From Perna viridis (lineage: Eukaryota), in NCBI GenBank assembly GCA_037379345.1, contig CM074511.1, positions 3,720,001 to 3,784,000 on the forward strand: a stretch of 64,000 bases of DNA, read 5' to 3'. The notes beneath the pieces are model-generated. The model saw only the letters and a program-made list of their open reading frames with translations. It was not told the DNA's origin and ran no database searches. The position numbers were made by a program, and so were the translations under genes. Every line of letters begins with the position of its first letter. Within the stretch, counting starts at the first letter, position 1. Below, piece after piece: positions 27,701-39,440 of the stretch.

Positions 27701-30700
27701 CATCAATACTGACAACAGTTATCTTATTATAGATATATGATTAATATGTTGTATTTGAAGCCAAAGGAAGGATATATTTATTACGTGGAAGGAATTACAG
27801 GTAGAACAGTTGTTAATCTATGTCTGATTATTTTTTGAAGTTTTTTTTAAAAGTTTAGTCTGAAAGCCTACAAAGATTCCATTCATGTGCTGCCTGATTG
27901 TAGATTTATTTGTGTCTGGATTTTAGAATTAAGAAACTTGTTTATTTTAGGCATCTAAAGTCATTCATGAAAGCTTTTTTCTTTTTATTGAAGATAAATG
28001 TAGTAATGTTGTTCTTGATTATTGTTCATAAAAATGCTCAAATATTGAAAATGTGGTCAAATCACTGAAAGCCAGTGAAAATGTGGTCAAATCAGTGAAA
28101 GCCAGTGAAAGGTATATTATAAGGTAGCTGTTTCAAAAGAAACTGATTAAAAAAAATATGATAGTAGAAATATTGTTTATGTTTGTACTAAGTGTACTGA
28201 GAGGTCAGTGGGAGGCTGTTGGAAAGTAAGAAACTTTACAGACTTATAAATGTGCAAATGTGCCACACATGAGAATCATATGGTTTGCATCATATGAGTA
28301 TCATATAAATCGAGCACCATATGATAATCAAGTGTTTTTAAGCCAAAATTACCATATGAGAATCATATGATAATCATATGACTATCATATGTCCAATATC
28401 ATATGATTACCATATGATTATCATATGAATCGAGCACCATATGATTATCATGTGTGGCACATTTGCCTGTGTTCCTATAGGAACGTTTTTAGTGCAGTAA
28501 ATGTAAGGATTTGTTTGTGTGGGCTTGTGAACTGGAGAAGTATCAGACAGATAAATATTACATATAATTGAGTTTAATATTGCAATTATGAGTATGCACC
28601 CAAAATTTACAGAACATACACCAACCATGCCAGAAGAGAATGACCTTAAACAACTACTGTATGTAATTTATATTTTTGTGCATATTTGATCAAATACTAC
28701 ACCCATTTCATTTAGGGATATTTGTTTTAAAAGAAGGAGAAATCTAGCAGTTACAGGCTTCCTTGTAAATCTAGATTTGTACAGATCAAGTTAAATTTCA
28801 TTGTTATTTATCTCCTACTACTTAAGTGACTTCACTTAAGTGACTTCATTTACTTTTGTTACATTGTATGTATTATTTTGGTTATTTTATGTTCTTTGTT
28901 ATGTTTGTCTGTTTCCATGTCTGGTCTTTGTCCTTGAATTTCATTCTTTCGATTTCCGCTAGAATCTTGGTTCCCTTGATTACTCTTCCAGATGAAAAAT
29001 CTGGTAGTTTTCTTGATAGCTTATTATACAACCGCAAACAATTTTTTTGGGGTCATATAATGGTATCACTCTATCGTCATTGTCATCTATTAACTTTAGT
29101 TTATTGCCCCGTGCAGGTCCGGGGGTCAAAAGAATAGGCCTGCAGCAGCGCTAAGCTTGTTGTAAAAGGCGACTAAATAGTGCTCAGAACCCTAGCCGGG
29201 GGCTAGGGCGCTCTGCCCACAGAGCAACTGGATTGTGTGCCCCAGGTGGTGGAATGGGGTACCCCTGGTGTGTTACATGCTGGGGTTGTCAGGCTATAAT
29301 ACGGAAAACCTGACCACAAACCATAGTGGTGCACCATGTTGGGAAGATGCCATGTTCCTCGCACGTTAAAGAACCCTACTGTGGTATTCTCCCGGAGTAG
29401 GAACCATAAGGCTCCGCCACAGGAGGCTAAATTGCCCGACCCTACCCTCCTCTCCCTATTTCCTGTGACAATCAAAATTTGTCGACCCCATTATCCTTGT
29501 GCCCCATCCCTTTTTTCATTTCATCATCATTTCATGTTCATTTTATCATCCATTTCATGTTCATCGTCTGAATATAGCTGAAATATTGCTGCTCAGACGT
29601 TAAACCCCAACAAACAAACAAAAAAACTTCAGTTTATTTACTTGAGTAAAGAACTTAGATCTTTTTGAAATTTTAACATATTGTTCCTAAGGACTTACCG
29701 GAAGGCCCTATAATTTTTTGAGGTTTTTGCCCTATCGGAAATAAAGGCCTAAAAAGAGGAAAATAGGTGTTATCATTAGAATTGATAGAAAAAGCTTATT
29801 GTTGATCTGATTTTTATGATTCAGATGTCTATCTGTGCCTTTTGAAATTTTGCTTTGAATTTTTTTTTACAGGGTCGGCTTATCCCTATCTGTTTTAGAG
29901 TTAGAGGGTACAAAATTAGGCCACGCCTAAAAAAACAACTTTTTAATTGGTCCATTTTCCATTTTTCATTTTTATTGGATTTCTTAAGAAAATCCCTACC
30001 TGCAGTATTCAATCAGATTTCAGATATCTCTTACAGTTTCTTGGTTATATGGGGGTCAAAGAGGCCACACCCAAAAAAATACTTTTTTTTGGTCCAATTT
30101 TGAAAATGTTTATTTTCTCTTTAATTGGATTCCTTATGAAAATCCATGCAAGCATTTTTAATCAGATATCAGATATCTCTTAAAGGGGCCACATCCCAAA
30201 AAAAATGACTTTTTTTATTTTAGATCTGATTTTTAAAAATATTTAATTAAATTTTTAAAAATTTGTGCTATATTGTGTCCAAACTAGTTGTTGTGTCCAT
30301 AATGAACTATAAAGCCGTATGCTTGTGTATCAAAAACTAGTACTGTGTCCACACTTGCTGCAAATGTTCAGGGTTAACCACTGCAGTCGTCTCTTGATGT
30401 GCTCTCCAAAGCTTTTTATATTATCATTGATTAGAGAGATAATAATGGTTTCATTTTTCAATAATAACATAACAAATGAGGTCTCTAAGTGTATTTTAAT
30501 CATAACATACCAAGTCTGCCAATCTGAAGAAATCATGGAAACCTTCATCAGGGTTCAAGGTTGCAAGGTCAACAATTACTTGACCCAAGGATTCATTACT
30601 GCTAAAGGTATTCTTGTCTATCACATGAAATATTATGTACCTGTTAATGTAGAAAACAATTGGCACCTCAGTTTGGATTTAATTAACCAAACAGACAGTT

Positions 30701-33700
30701 ATACCACTGTCATACCCAACAATGTAGCTGGGTACACAATATTGTCTTGTCAGCTTGGCTGTTAGTTGAAATAATTTCATTAAATAACTTGAAAACAATA
30801 TCACATTAAACTTTGTTTACTTCTATTACCACAGGAATAGTGTATGTTTTACTACCACACTCTCCCTCTAAGAAAGAGAATTTGATTTATTCCCGTTTAT
30901 ATAACAAGAATGGAAATGATGAATATGTCAAAGAGACAACAACCCCACTGGAATGAAAAATAGGCTACTTTTATAATTTCCTTTTTTTCTTTTTAAGAAT
31001 TCAGGTGAGCAAAGTTACATAGCATAAGTGAAACTATCAAATTTTAACTTACCCAGTGAATAAGCAAATTTATTTCACAGAGTAAAGTAAAGAAATAAAA
31101 GAAGTATAAAAATCACTATCCCTGCCTATATACAACATTAATTAATGCAGTTCTGCAATTTGTTTTGGTTGATAATCTTTCTTTTGCCTCTGTCATCTTG
31201 ATTAGAAATATTTTTACCTTTGAGAAAGTTCTTCAGCTGCAACTTCAAACTCAAAGGTTTCATCCCAGACAGGGTTGATTGTATTCTTTAGTTCCTGCAA
31301 AGATATAAAAATCCTATACCAGTAAATCTTTATAAAAAAGAAAAAAAAAATGAATAAACAACAGATATAAAATGATCGTCAGTCCATTGATTACAACGAC
31401 ACAACCAGCAAGAAAAAATATGGTAGGTGCATGTAGGTAAGGGAATCATTTTATTTTTCAAGAACATTTTACATTGAGTTGATGGAGATATAATCTAGAC
31501 TTTAACCCTGCTTGAGCCAAAATTGCCATAAAATGTTTAGGACAGGCACAAAAAACTAGCGAAGAAACAGACATTTTTTTTTGGCCTTACCTTGGTCTGG
31601 AACATCATTTTTGTACCAGGGATAGTGACTTTGACAAATGGATCTGCTAAAGTATCCTCATCTCTTGCTGAGAGGTCATGTGCTCCATGTATAGTCACCA
31701 GAAGTGTGGAAGGTGGATGGAATGCAACACTTACTTCAAGGTCACCAGAAATATCAAGATCAGTCTACAATCAAAGTATTATTGTTCATGGGGTACCAGT
31801 TTTTGTGGTTTTCATGGACAGACTAATCCATGAATTTAAGAATCCAACGAATAATAAGTTCAGCCATCGTTTTTTGGGTGCTGACCATGGACACCGTTGA
31901 TTGTGTTGTGTGACATATGTAGTTATCTGAGGGATGTTAACGAAATTGCGCAGACTAAATTGACCAACAAAATGACCATGCGTATCTCAAATATTGTTTG
32001 GTTTTGCTGAAAAACTTTTTTGTAAGTATCTCCATTTTTATTTGTGTAAAATTAAGCGCTAATCTAATTTTGAAAGTATAACCAACTTCTGTTATGAGAA
32101 TCAATGTTTCAGTAAAGTGTTCATTTTATGCAATTTTGTCTAGAATGTCACGAGTGGAGTATTGGTCACTTTTTATTTTGTATTTTTTATATTTGATTGT
32201 TTCAGTTTCATTATTTTATTATTTCATTTTCTTTTTATAGTCATTGTCCCCAGAGTGTTGAATTTTTAGATCATTGATCTTATGTCAGATCCCTTTATTG
32301 AATATGTATGTTGAATTTTTTTTTCAATCCGAATAAAATTTAAAAACAATATTTGTCTCATATTTATTACAATGCCTGGACGATGATAGCATCCTAATTT
32401 GTAGAGCAGTCTGCTGGGTTGGGTAACCCTGGTGTAGCAGGTTCTCTGGTCTTGAATGAGACCATTTTTAACCACTGTGTCAACGACATTTGAAAGTGAT
32501 AAGCATTTGTCACTGTATGGCCTCTATTTAAAGGCAATTGATTACCAATGAGTAACATCAAACACTTAGTGAGTACATTCTGAGCTTGGGTTACAATTCG
32601 CTCAGGGCTTGGGTAGCTAGACATTTACTTTTTGTTAGCGGCAAAATTAAAACACGATGTAATTATCAATAGCAGTTCAATCAGTGTTGATTACCATAAT
32701 AATTAATTTCTTTTGAAATAGTTCGAAGAAAATCATTTGTTTAATTAAATTTAATGGAATTTCAATTTAATTACTAACTTTTGATCACGTTTTCATGCAG
32801 TCATCCCATAAATTATATTGTGAATGAACACTTTCCTTTATCTTGCTGACGAAGACTCGAGTCCAGCCAATTCCCAAAGAGCATTATGAAATTTTTTAAT
32901 TTTTTTTTAAAATGAGAAATCTACAAATTCAAGAATCCACGAACCTGCACTTTTTCTGGAATCCACGAAAATTGGTACCCACCAATATAAATACAGTATT
33001 AAAAAAACAAAGAAGCATGCAAGCTGAATAAATGTTATACACATACCTCCATATTCAAAGTATACCATGCTGTGTGAACAGGACTTTCTCTGAAGTTGAA
33101 TGTATTCATATCAATGATGATTTCCCCCAAAAAATCATCTCTGCCAAGAACATCGTGGTCCATTACTTTTACTATCAATTTTCTATTTATTAACTCAGTC
33201 TCAGAAAGTGGATAGGCAAAAATTTCATCAAATTTAGGATTGTTTGTCTGTGGGTATGTCTTTGTTCTTTTTTCTTCTGAGTCTTCTACATCTGGACTCA
33301 TTTCCAACTAATAGGAAAAGAATCAAAGGTTTTCATGGATTCCAATAAAAACAATAATGGTAAATAATGTCAATCAAAATTATAGTAAATCAAAATACTT
33401 AGTCAGAAGATCCCTAGTAATTTTACTTTATTCCAATTTAAATTAAATACTTTTTATAAGTTACATTGTGAAATTTTACACCATACCTTTACATATGGGT
33501 CAGACATTTTAGACCTCAAGTCTTTTGATCTAAGTTCCCTGCATTTGATGATCTTGACCAGCAAAAGTTGCCGCTTAAAGTCATATTTAAATGATATTTG
33601 TATTTCCCCACGAACATCTCCAACTGCCTTCATTACAGTGGGGTCCAATTTCTTAAACAATCCTTTCAAAATCTGCATGTTTCTCTAAGAAAAGTAAAAT

Positions 33701-35038
33701 GTGCATATTCATTAATGCAAATAACAAGGGCAATACAGATTATTAATTGAAGGGTAATAACAAAATTACTAAAGTGTTAAAAAAAAATTCAGTTTGTTTC
33801 TTGTTTGTATTTGGTCTTTTTGTAATCTTCAAAGATAGCATTGGAAGAAACTCTCTGATAAAACAATGTTGTAAAATTACCAATTGTAAAATTAACAATT
33901 ACTTTACTGAAAAAGACATCAAATCATTTAGGAATAAGTGGGCAAAGTGAAGAAATTGTAAACATACTGTCATATGTTTTTACAGAAAATTGCCCATTGG
34001 ACATTATGGACATATGTTTGCATGGCGTTTTAGCTAAATAAAAGAACATTTCTCCCAAAACATTTGAATCCAAAATTACGTAAAGGACCAACAATTAGGA
34101 AAAAATGTATTGCTTACTGGCAACATTGGGTTTGAAGATCTATTGTTTTCTTAACTATGAAAAATTTTAGTTTTGAGAATTATAAAATATATAAATGAAA
34201 TACTTTCACTATTATTTTTTTCAGTACTTTTAACCAATTTACTATAACCCTGAAATTTTCTTCTTACTTCAAAACCGTATGACTGCAAATTCTATCCATA
34301 ACAGACAAAGAACTCAGAAAATCCCCATAAAACACTTTTCTTATACATACTTGCAAAGAATAATTTTGATTTAGTAAAGAAAATATATCTGTAATAGTTG
34401 ACGATCACATTCGCCATTTACCTTGAATCTGTTGGAAACTGGTTTATGGTTTTATACTAGATACTATACCAAGAACTCATCATAAAAAATACTGCAATTT
34501 CAGTACATACAGTGAATTGTTTCCCCCTTACTGTTGCCCCACTTGACCTCAATATAATTGAAGAACTTTTCTGGATTGGAACAGAATGTGAAAGTCATCT
34601 ACAAGTATATGCTCCAATGTATTCGGCTAAATGATAGAGAAGTCCAAGATGGTAAAAGAAAAAAATAGGATGTGATCAAATAAAAGTCATAAAAAATCTG
34701 CAAGATGGCAGAAAAGAAATTTTTCGCCAACTCTCAGTTTAGCACAGCGGAACATGTGAAAGGTTGGACCACGACCAAGAAAGTACAAGATTACTGGTAA
34801 TTGGTGGTTTGCACTACTGTTTCTTCAGGAGATTTTCATGTTTAACATATCTTATATCAAAGTATACCATGTTTTCATCTTGTTTTGTCCATCCTTGAGC
34901 GGCTACTAACTGTTGATGCTGTTGTTTGGCAGATATTAATCTGGCCAGACCATGAATCTTGTTAACATTTTGAACATTCTCTACCATCTTCCCTTCTTCC
35001 ATTCTTTGGTCCTCATATTTTGACTGACTTTTCCCCAT
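18673..35038 (-). CDS. Double-C2-domain (synaptotagmin/Doc2-like) protein, 8 coding exons, 404 aa, no TM helix, N-myristoylation motif MGKSQS
   Basis: Exons (-): 35038-34868, 33684-33487, 33307-33047, 31764-31591, 31294-31218, 30640-30511, 27266-27138, 18747-18673. All GT-AG with consistent phases; 1215 nt open to TAA. C2 motifs SDPYVK / NPKFDEIF / VMDHDVLGRDDFLG and ADPFVK / NPVWDETFEF / VIDKNTFSSNESLG. Confidence 0.88.
22907..23110. promoter_or_regulatory. Candidate GATA+RUNX cluster in the last intron of the double-C2 gene
   Basis: Six WGATAA sites; TGTGGTT at 23018 overlaps TTATCA; TGTGGT at 23083. Motif evidence only. Confidence 0.3.
26411..26990. mobile_element. Non-autonomous Helentron/HINE-like or MITE element
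   Basis: Starts TTATACCTTGCCA and ends with hairpin TACCTTGCCAC-TTCAT-GTGGCAGGGTATAA; carries a nested retroposon tail and an internal inversion. Confidence 0.65.
26935..26967 (+). mobile_element. 33-bp 5'-truncated retroposon tail with a perfect 14-bp TSD
   Basis: GCCACTTCATGTGG at 26921-26934 and 26968-26981 flanks TTGCTCGGACGTTAAACCCCAACAAACAAAACA, the same tail as the 29106 element. Confidence 0.9.
27138..27266 (-). CDS. Double-C2 gene exon 7 (RNCERLRSKWAQH...EHTGKK)
   Basis: TTTTATCAG acceptor, GTAAGT donor, open phase 0-0, coding-like composition. Confidence 0.8.
28254..28498. mobile_element. Foldback/MITE remnant with internal CATATG repeats
   Basis: Inverted repeats GCAAATGTGCCACACATGA (28254) and TCATGTGTGGCACATTTGC (ends 28466). 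Confidence 0.65.
28875..28988 (+). repeat. Dispersed repeat fragment (inverted copy at about 57203-57312)
   Basis: GCTAGAATCTTGGTTCCCTTGATTACTCTT matches the reverse complement of AAGAGCAATCAAGGAAACCAAGATTCTAGC. Confidence 0.75.
29021..30270. mobile_element. HINE/MITE-like element with about 120-bp internal repeats, interrupted by the 29106 retroposon; related sequence at about 37100-37570
   Basis: Terminal hairpin TTATACAACCGCAAA...TTTGGGGTCATATAA; the repeat AATCAGATTTCAGATATCTCTTAC...GGGGTCAAA..GGCCACA is shared with 37440-37500. Confidence 0.55.
29106..29624 (+). mobile_element. SINE-like non-autonomous retroposon, 519 bp, TSD-bounded, structured 5' head, Nin/Deu-like core, (CAAA)n tail
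   Basis: TSD AACTT(T/C)AGTTTATT at 29092-29105 and 29625-29638; core GCACGTTAAAGAACCC...GAGTAGG...GGCTAAATTGCCC; second copy at about 62950-63265 (-). Core family assignment is from recalled similarity. Confidence 0.85.
30511..30640 (-). CDS. Double-C2 gene exon 6 (YIIFHVIDKNTFSSNESLGQVIVDL...FRLADL)
   Basis: Phase-2 entry matches exon 5; end of C2B. Confidence 0.9.
31218..31294 (-). CDS. Double-C2 gene exon 5 (ELKNTINPVWDETFEFEVAAEELSQ)
   Basis: Hand translation; TGCAG acceptor, phase-2 GT donor. Confidence 0.92.
31591..31764 (-). CDS. Double-C2 gene exon 4 (TDLDISGDLEV...ADPFVKV...FQTK), start of C2B
   Basis: Hand translation; TGTAG acceptor, AAG|GTAAGG donor. Confidence 0.92.
31775..32998. 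mobile_element. MITE with TIRs (GGGTACCAGTTTTTGTGGTTTTC / GAATCCACGAAAATTGGTACCC) carrying about 1 kb of probably nested sequence
   Basis: Imperfect inverted repeats at about 31791 and about 32959; ends in ACAGTA. Confidence 0.55.
33047..33307 (-). CDS. Double-C2 gene exon 3 (LEMSPD...WYTLNME), rest of C2A
   Basis: AG/GT boundaries; RTK..NNPKFDEIF, MDHDVLGRDDFLGE, WYTL. Confidence 0.95.
33487..33684 (-). CDS. Double-C2 gene exon 2 (RNMQILK...SDPYVK), start of C2A
   Basis: AG/GT boundaries; C2 motif GEIQISFKY...LLVKIIKCRELRSKD...SDPYVK. Confidence 0.93.
34868..35038 (-). CDS. Double-C2 gene coding exon 1 (MGKSQSK...QDENM)
   Basis: ATG at 35038; AG acceptor 2 nt upstream with a CTGAC branch-like motif; phase-0 GT donor. 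Confidence 0.8.
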
Positions 35039-35296
35039 TGCTATATGCTAAAAACGTCAGAGCAATCTTCTTAACAAAAGTTCAGTAACTGTCACTTAAA
35101 TGATAGGTACATTTGTACATGTACAGTAAATTTGTAAGGACAAATTCAATTGTTTGAAAACCAAAGTAGAAATTGTATTAAAAACTTTATAGCTATACCT
35201 TTAAACAACTATAGTTATTATAGAAAACGTATATTGTAAATCATATAAATAAGCAATTTAATTAATTTTATCGAATTCGACTTCCATTTTGTTTAC

Positions 35297-35414
35297 CTTG
35301 GAGAACCTGTCGGTTTGTGCAGTAAAGTGTTGGTTTCATGAATGGAGACACGAGTTCGCTATTAACCTCAATACGCAACTGTGCTGTGAACGCATATGAC
35401 ACGCCTGTTCCCAT
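35297..35414 (-). other. Putative upstream (5' UTR or short coding) exon of the double-C2 gene
   Basis: AAG|GTAAAC donor at 35297/35296 can join the acceptor at 35041; 5' boundary unknown. Confidence 0.45.
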
Positions 35415-35659
35415 TGTGCAGTCACAGTATGACATGAAAAAATCCCTTAAATGATTCCCATATTCTCTCTCTTGATCTTGAATAGTAAATAAATCATTAA
35501 ACCGAAATAACAAACAATTGCGTAAAGTTTGAAGTTAGTTGTACGTGTCAGTGCAACATGTGAAAAAAATAAAATATAATTATGAAAAAGCCACCAATTC
35601 GATCGAAAAATATAACAAAATATGTGATGACGCGTAAAATCTTTACCCTCTCCTTTTTA

Positions 35660-36372
35660 AGGCATATACCGAAAAATGTGTACCCCGTACCCGTACCAAC
35701 TTTTAATTTTGATTTGGTTTTCAGTTTTCAAAAGTACCGAAATGCCACGATTCCTGTACCAAAAATTAAAGTCCAGTATTTTTGTTATTTGTTCAATTTT
35801 ATTATGTATTTCACATTAGATTGAACACAACAATATTATCAAAATATTCAAGGGCGATAAACTAAAATCGCTTCAGATTCTATCTGTGAGACTTTCTTTT
35901 TCATTCTTGATAATATTAGATAATTTAATTTTTTTCAACGAGAGGAACTTTCTAATGCTTATCTCGTCGAGCGCTTCGATTTCAAAGTCCGACAATTTCT
36001 TTTTCAAAACAATATCGAATATTTCAAAACGTTATCCAAAGTCTTAAAGTGAAGTTTTAACCTCTGAATATTTTCATAAAAAACGTGAAATTCGGACTGG
36101 AATGTGAGATATAGTCAATTATTAGTTTGTTATGGTAACTTCCGGTTACACATTTCGGGACTTTTGAGAACATAAAATCAACTGAGCTTGAAAAAATCCT
36201 GAATGTTTTCAGCTAGCTTGAACTTCAATTGATTTAAAACATCAGTCAGAACTTTAGACCAAGTTTCAGTCTAAAATTTCGAATACCGTTAATGATAGAA
36301 AAGTCTGCGATATAGTGATTTGGGTACAGGGAATTTGGTACGGGTACGGTTACACATTTCGTGGTGTATCCT
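35660..36372. mobile_element. MITE with about 38-bp imperfect TIRs
   Basis: AAATGTGTACCCCGTACCCGTACCAA versus TTGGTACGGGTACGGTTACACATTT. Confidence 0.75.
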
Positions 36373-36864
36373 GCCCTTTTTAAGTCTAATATTGTTGGCG
36401 ACAATGCCATTACTATATATTCGAATACGATTTGTTTAATTATTTATTGCTACACCACCTCATGTTGCAGTTGGGTACTCCTAGAATGTTATCGGTTGGA
36501 ATTCCGTTTCTTCATACCCCAACCAGGATGGCACCAAGTCAGAAAATTGCTTGCTAGACAACCTGTAGCACTGCTGGAGTTAGTCCGAATTTCCTCTGAC
36601 CCTGCAACCCTCCTCTTTTTTTATTTGGATATTGATATATCGGGTTGGAGTCAGAACGATGTGCCATACAAAAAGTTGGAGATTTAGCGGTACCGCGGAG
36701 TATCGCCCTTCAACCGCTTGTAACGACTTTCAAATTGAAATTGTGCATGTCACACCTACATAGTTCGATTCCGGAATCATTTTCCTGTATGCTGATACCA
36801 AATTTGCTACAAAAATTACATTTATTATTGAAGTTCCGATAATTTTCAACGAGAGACCCTGTTT

Positions 36865-37049
36865 TGTTGACATTTTGAACCGTAATAAAGAGTAGGCGGA
36901 GCTTGTTACTTTTGGAACGGAACGGAGCAGAAGCGATGTTTAAAACCGGAATCTAACCAAATTCCACTGAAAAATTACGTGCCCGCTACGCTTCCGTTCC
37001 AAAGGTAACAAGCTCCGCCTACTCTCTATTACGGTTCAAAATGTCAACA
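36865..37049. mobile_element. 185-bp hairpin MITE with about 57-bp near-perfect TIRs
   Basis: TGTTGACATTTTGAACCGTAATAAAGAGTAGGCGGAGCTTGTTAC... and its reverse complement ending at 37049. Confidence 0.85.
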
Positions 37050-39274
37050 TTTTGGTCAATTGAAATGATCAGATTACATCCTGATATGGTAAATAGTTTG
37101 GCATCAATCATTTAAAACTGATTTGAAGGAAATTTTATCCTATGAGAAAAATGTTGGGAGTTATGAAAACAAATTTCGTGATGCGCTAAAAAAAGTAAAG
37201 CACCTTCACTAAAATCGGGGTTTCTTTTTCGATTTTTAATATTATATTTTTAATGTGTTCTTATTTAATTCGGCTAAACAAATGTACAGCAGATTTTATG
37301 TGTTTTGGACCGTTTTCAAATTATAGGGGGACAAAGTTGAGAAAGCTAAAACGTTTTCATAACTTTTTTTTGGATTTCGAAATTTTTTATTTCATTGGAT
37401 CCTTCATTGGATTCCTCATAAATAATCCTGCCTGCATTTTTCAATCAGATTTCGGATATCTCTTACGGTTTTCGAGTTATAAGGGGTCAAAAAGGCCACA
37501 CCAGAATAAATCATTTTTTATGTTTTGTTTTCGGTCCGATTTGAAAAAAAAATTCAAAAAATATTTTTGCAATATTTGTACAGCTCATTATATCTTATAG
37601 CTAAAAATAATTGTCAAGAGGTAATTAGACGATCATGAAATACGTTGACTTTACAATATTATACAAGGGAATGTGCAAGCGCGTTTATACACATCTCAAA
37701 ATACTTTGATGCAGGCACGCTGATCCAGATTTCACCAGGACATCATTGCATATGAACAGACAGGAGTGCGCGCAAGGGGGGACTTCCATTTTCCTGTTTA
37801 CTTTTCAACATTTCTTTCCTTATTTTATCCGATTCGCTAAAATCGTATTTTTTTTAATTTATTACGTCCACAGTCGTAATAATTTAATCTAGTATCGTAA
37901 CTTTTCAATACTTTTTATTATTTTTTTTTAAATTGACGTTAAAAGAGTTTTTACGTCGCAAAACAGAATGTTACTTTGGAAACGCCAAAAATGCGCTTAG
38001 TGACATTTTTGTTAGATACGGTTTTACATACATATATAACCCATTTGTTAAGCCAAAGAAAAAATGAAATGATAAAACCATAGAGGAGGATGAATACTTT
38101 TTAAATACATGTAGAAATCGACTAAACACCATTTGCCTCTTTGAACAATTCATTCAAATTTCGCATGGTGTACGCGTGAATAAATAAAATATACAAATTT
38201 TAGATGTTGTGACATTTTGGTTAGATACAAACAAAATGCTGCGCTTAGATATATGTTCAACCAAGTACCATTATTTTTAGAATATACTATCTGCAGCATA
38301 TTACATGTAAAATTCCAAATTTCATAGTTATTAGTTCACTCAAAGCTAACGAAAAAAGCTTTTGATAAAGACTGGGTAGCACGCAATGTGTAGAAAACGT
38401 CGGGAAAAAGACAACGTGACATCACAACATACGTGCGTATTTTTCTACTATTAGACAATAAAACTCATTATTTTTTTTAGAATAAACATGATATTCTGAA
38501 TATTTGTACAGTCCGTTAAGCATGAATATACTTTGGTAAAAATACTATTCGTTGTTATATTTTACAAACGTAAGCAAGAAAGTAGCCAATGGCCAACGTC
38601 GAAAACATTAAGATTTGGGACATAATTGAAATACGGACAAAAAGGCTTTTAACAAAAAGACTGATTGAACATTTTATATATATTTTCATTGGGGTTATGT
38701 AATAAATTGTCAATATAGTCAATAAAAGTCACGATTAAAAAAAGCTGTTCGCATAACTTAAAAAAAATTCTTACATTTTGTCTTCAAATCGGTTTCTTTC
38801 CATTTTAACAATGTCCAAATCAAAGGGGAGATATTTGTGATATTGTAATACGCTTTAATCTTATCATTATGTCATGAAAAATATGGCATCGTCTGCAACA
38901 CAAACTGCTCTTTAACAAAAGGTTTGTTTTGTCAAAATACGGAAAGAAACAACTTAGATATATTGGTGAAATGGAAAGCAAGCATTTCTTAATGTTACCC
39001 GTCCACACATGAAAATGAACGTTCTTGTGATCGAATTATGCTTTCCCTCCACAATTAACGGCATCTTTTACTGATTTATTATTGTAATCCTAAAACAACA
39101 ACCATTTTCGATCATTTTAATATCTATATTGCCTTTGATAACTCCACATTCTAGTAACAATATTTCGATTTTCGTAACCAGCCTCGGTTCAATCGAATGT
39201 GACACCAACAACGTACGCAACGTCAAAATATATAATAAAGGAAAGTAAATAAATAATTAAAAAAACAGTGTGTT

Positions 39275-39277
<3 letters not shown>

Positions 39278-39312
<35 letters not shown>
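39278..39312. repeat. (TA)n microsatellite
   Basis: Read directly. Confidence 0.95.
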
Positions 39313-39314
<2 letters not shown>

Positions 39315-39440
39315 CAATATGGGCAATTCATACTGTTTATATTTATTAATAATAATTTATTATATTTATTGCACATCGTTTATTATAAAATGATAAAAAA
39401 ATATTTCAATATTGAATATTCCTATGTTTGTTTTGTATAG

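Noticed and set aside
29106-29145. HDV-like ribozyme at the retroposon 5' end
   Set aside because: P1/P2-like pseudoknot is present, but there is no P3/L3/P1.1 between the P1 strands.
29159-29200. Resemblance to a pistol ribozyme (hairpin-TAAATAG-TGCT...CCCTAG)
   Set aside because: The hairpin loop (TAAAAGG) is not complementary to CCCTAG, which pairs locally instead; no P3/GU cleavage junction.
32845-32870. Hammerhead-like CTGACGA-AGAC-TCGA-GTC
   Set aside because: The required GAAA after stem II is missing. CTGATGA at 58543 and CTGACGA at 55918 also fail (no GAAA, or no stem II).
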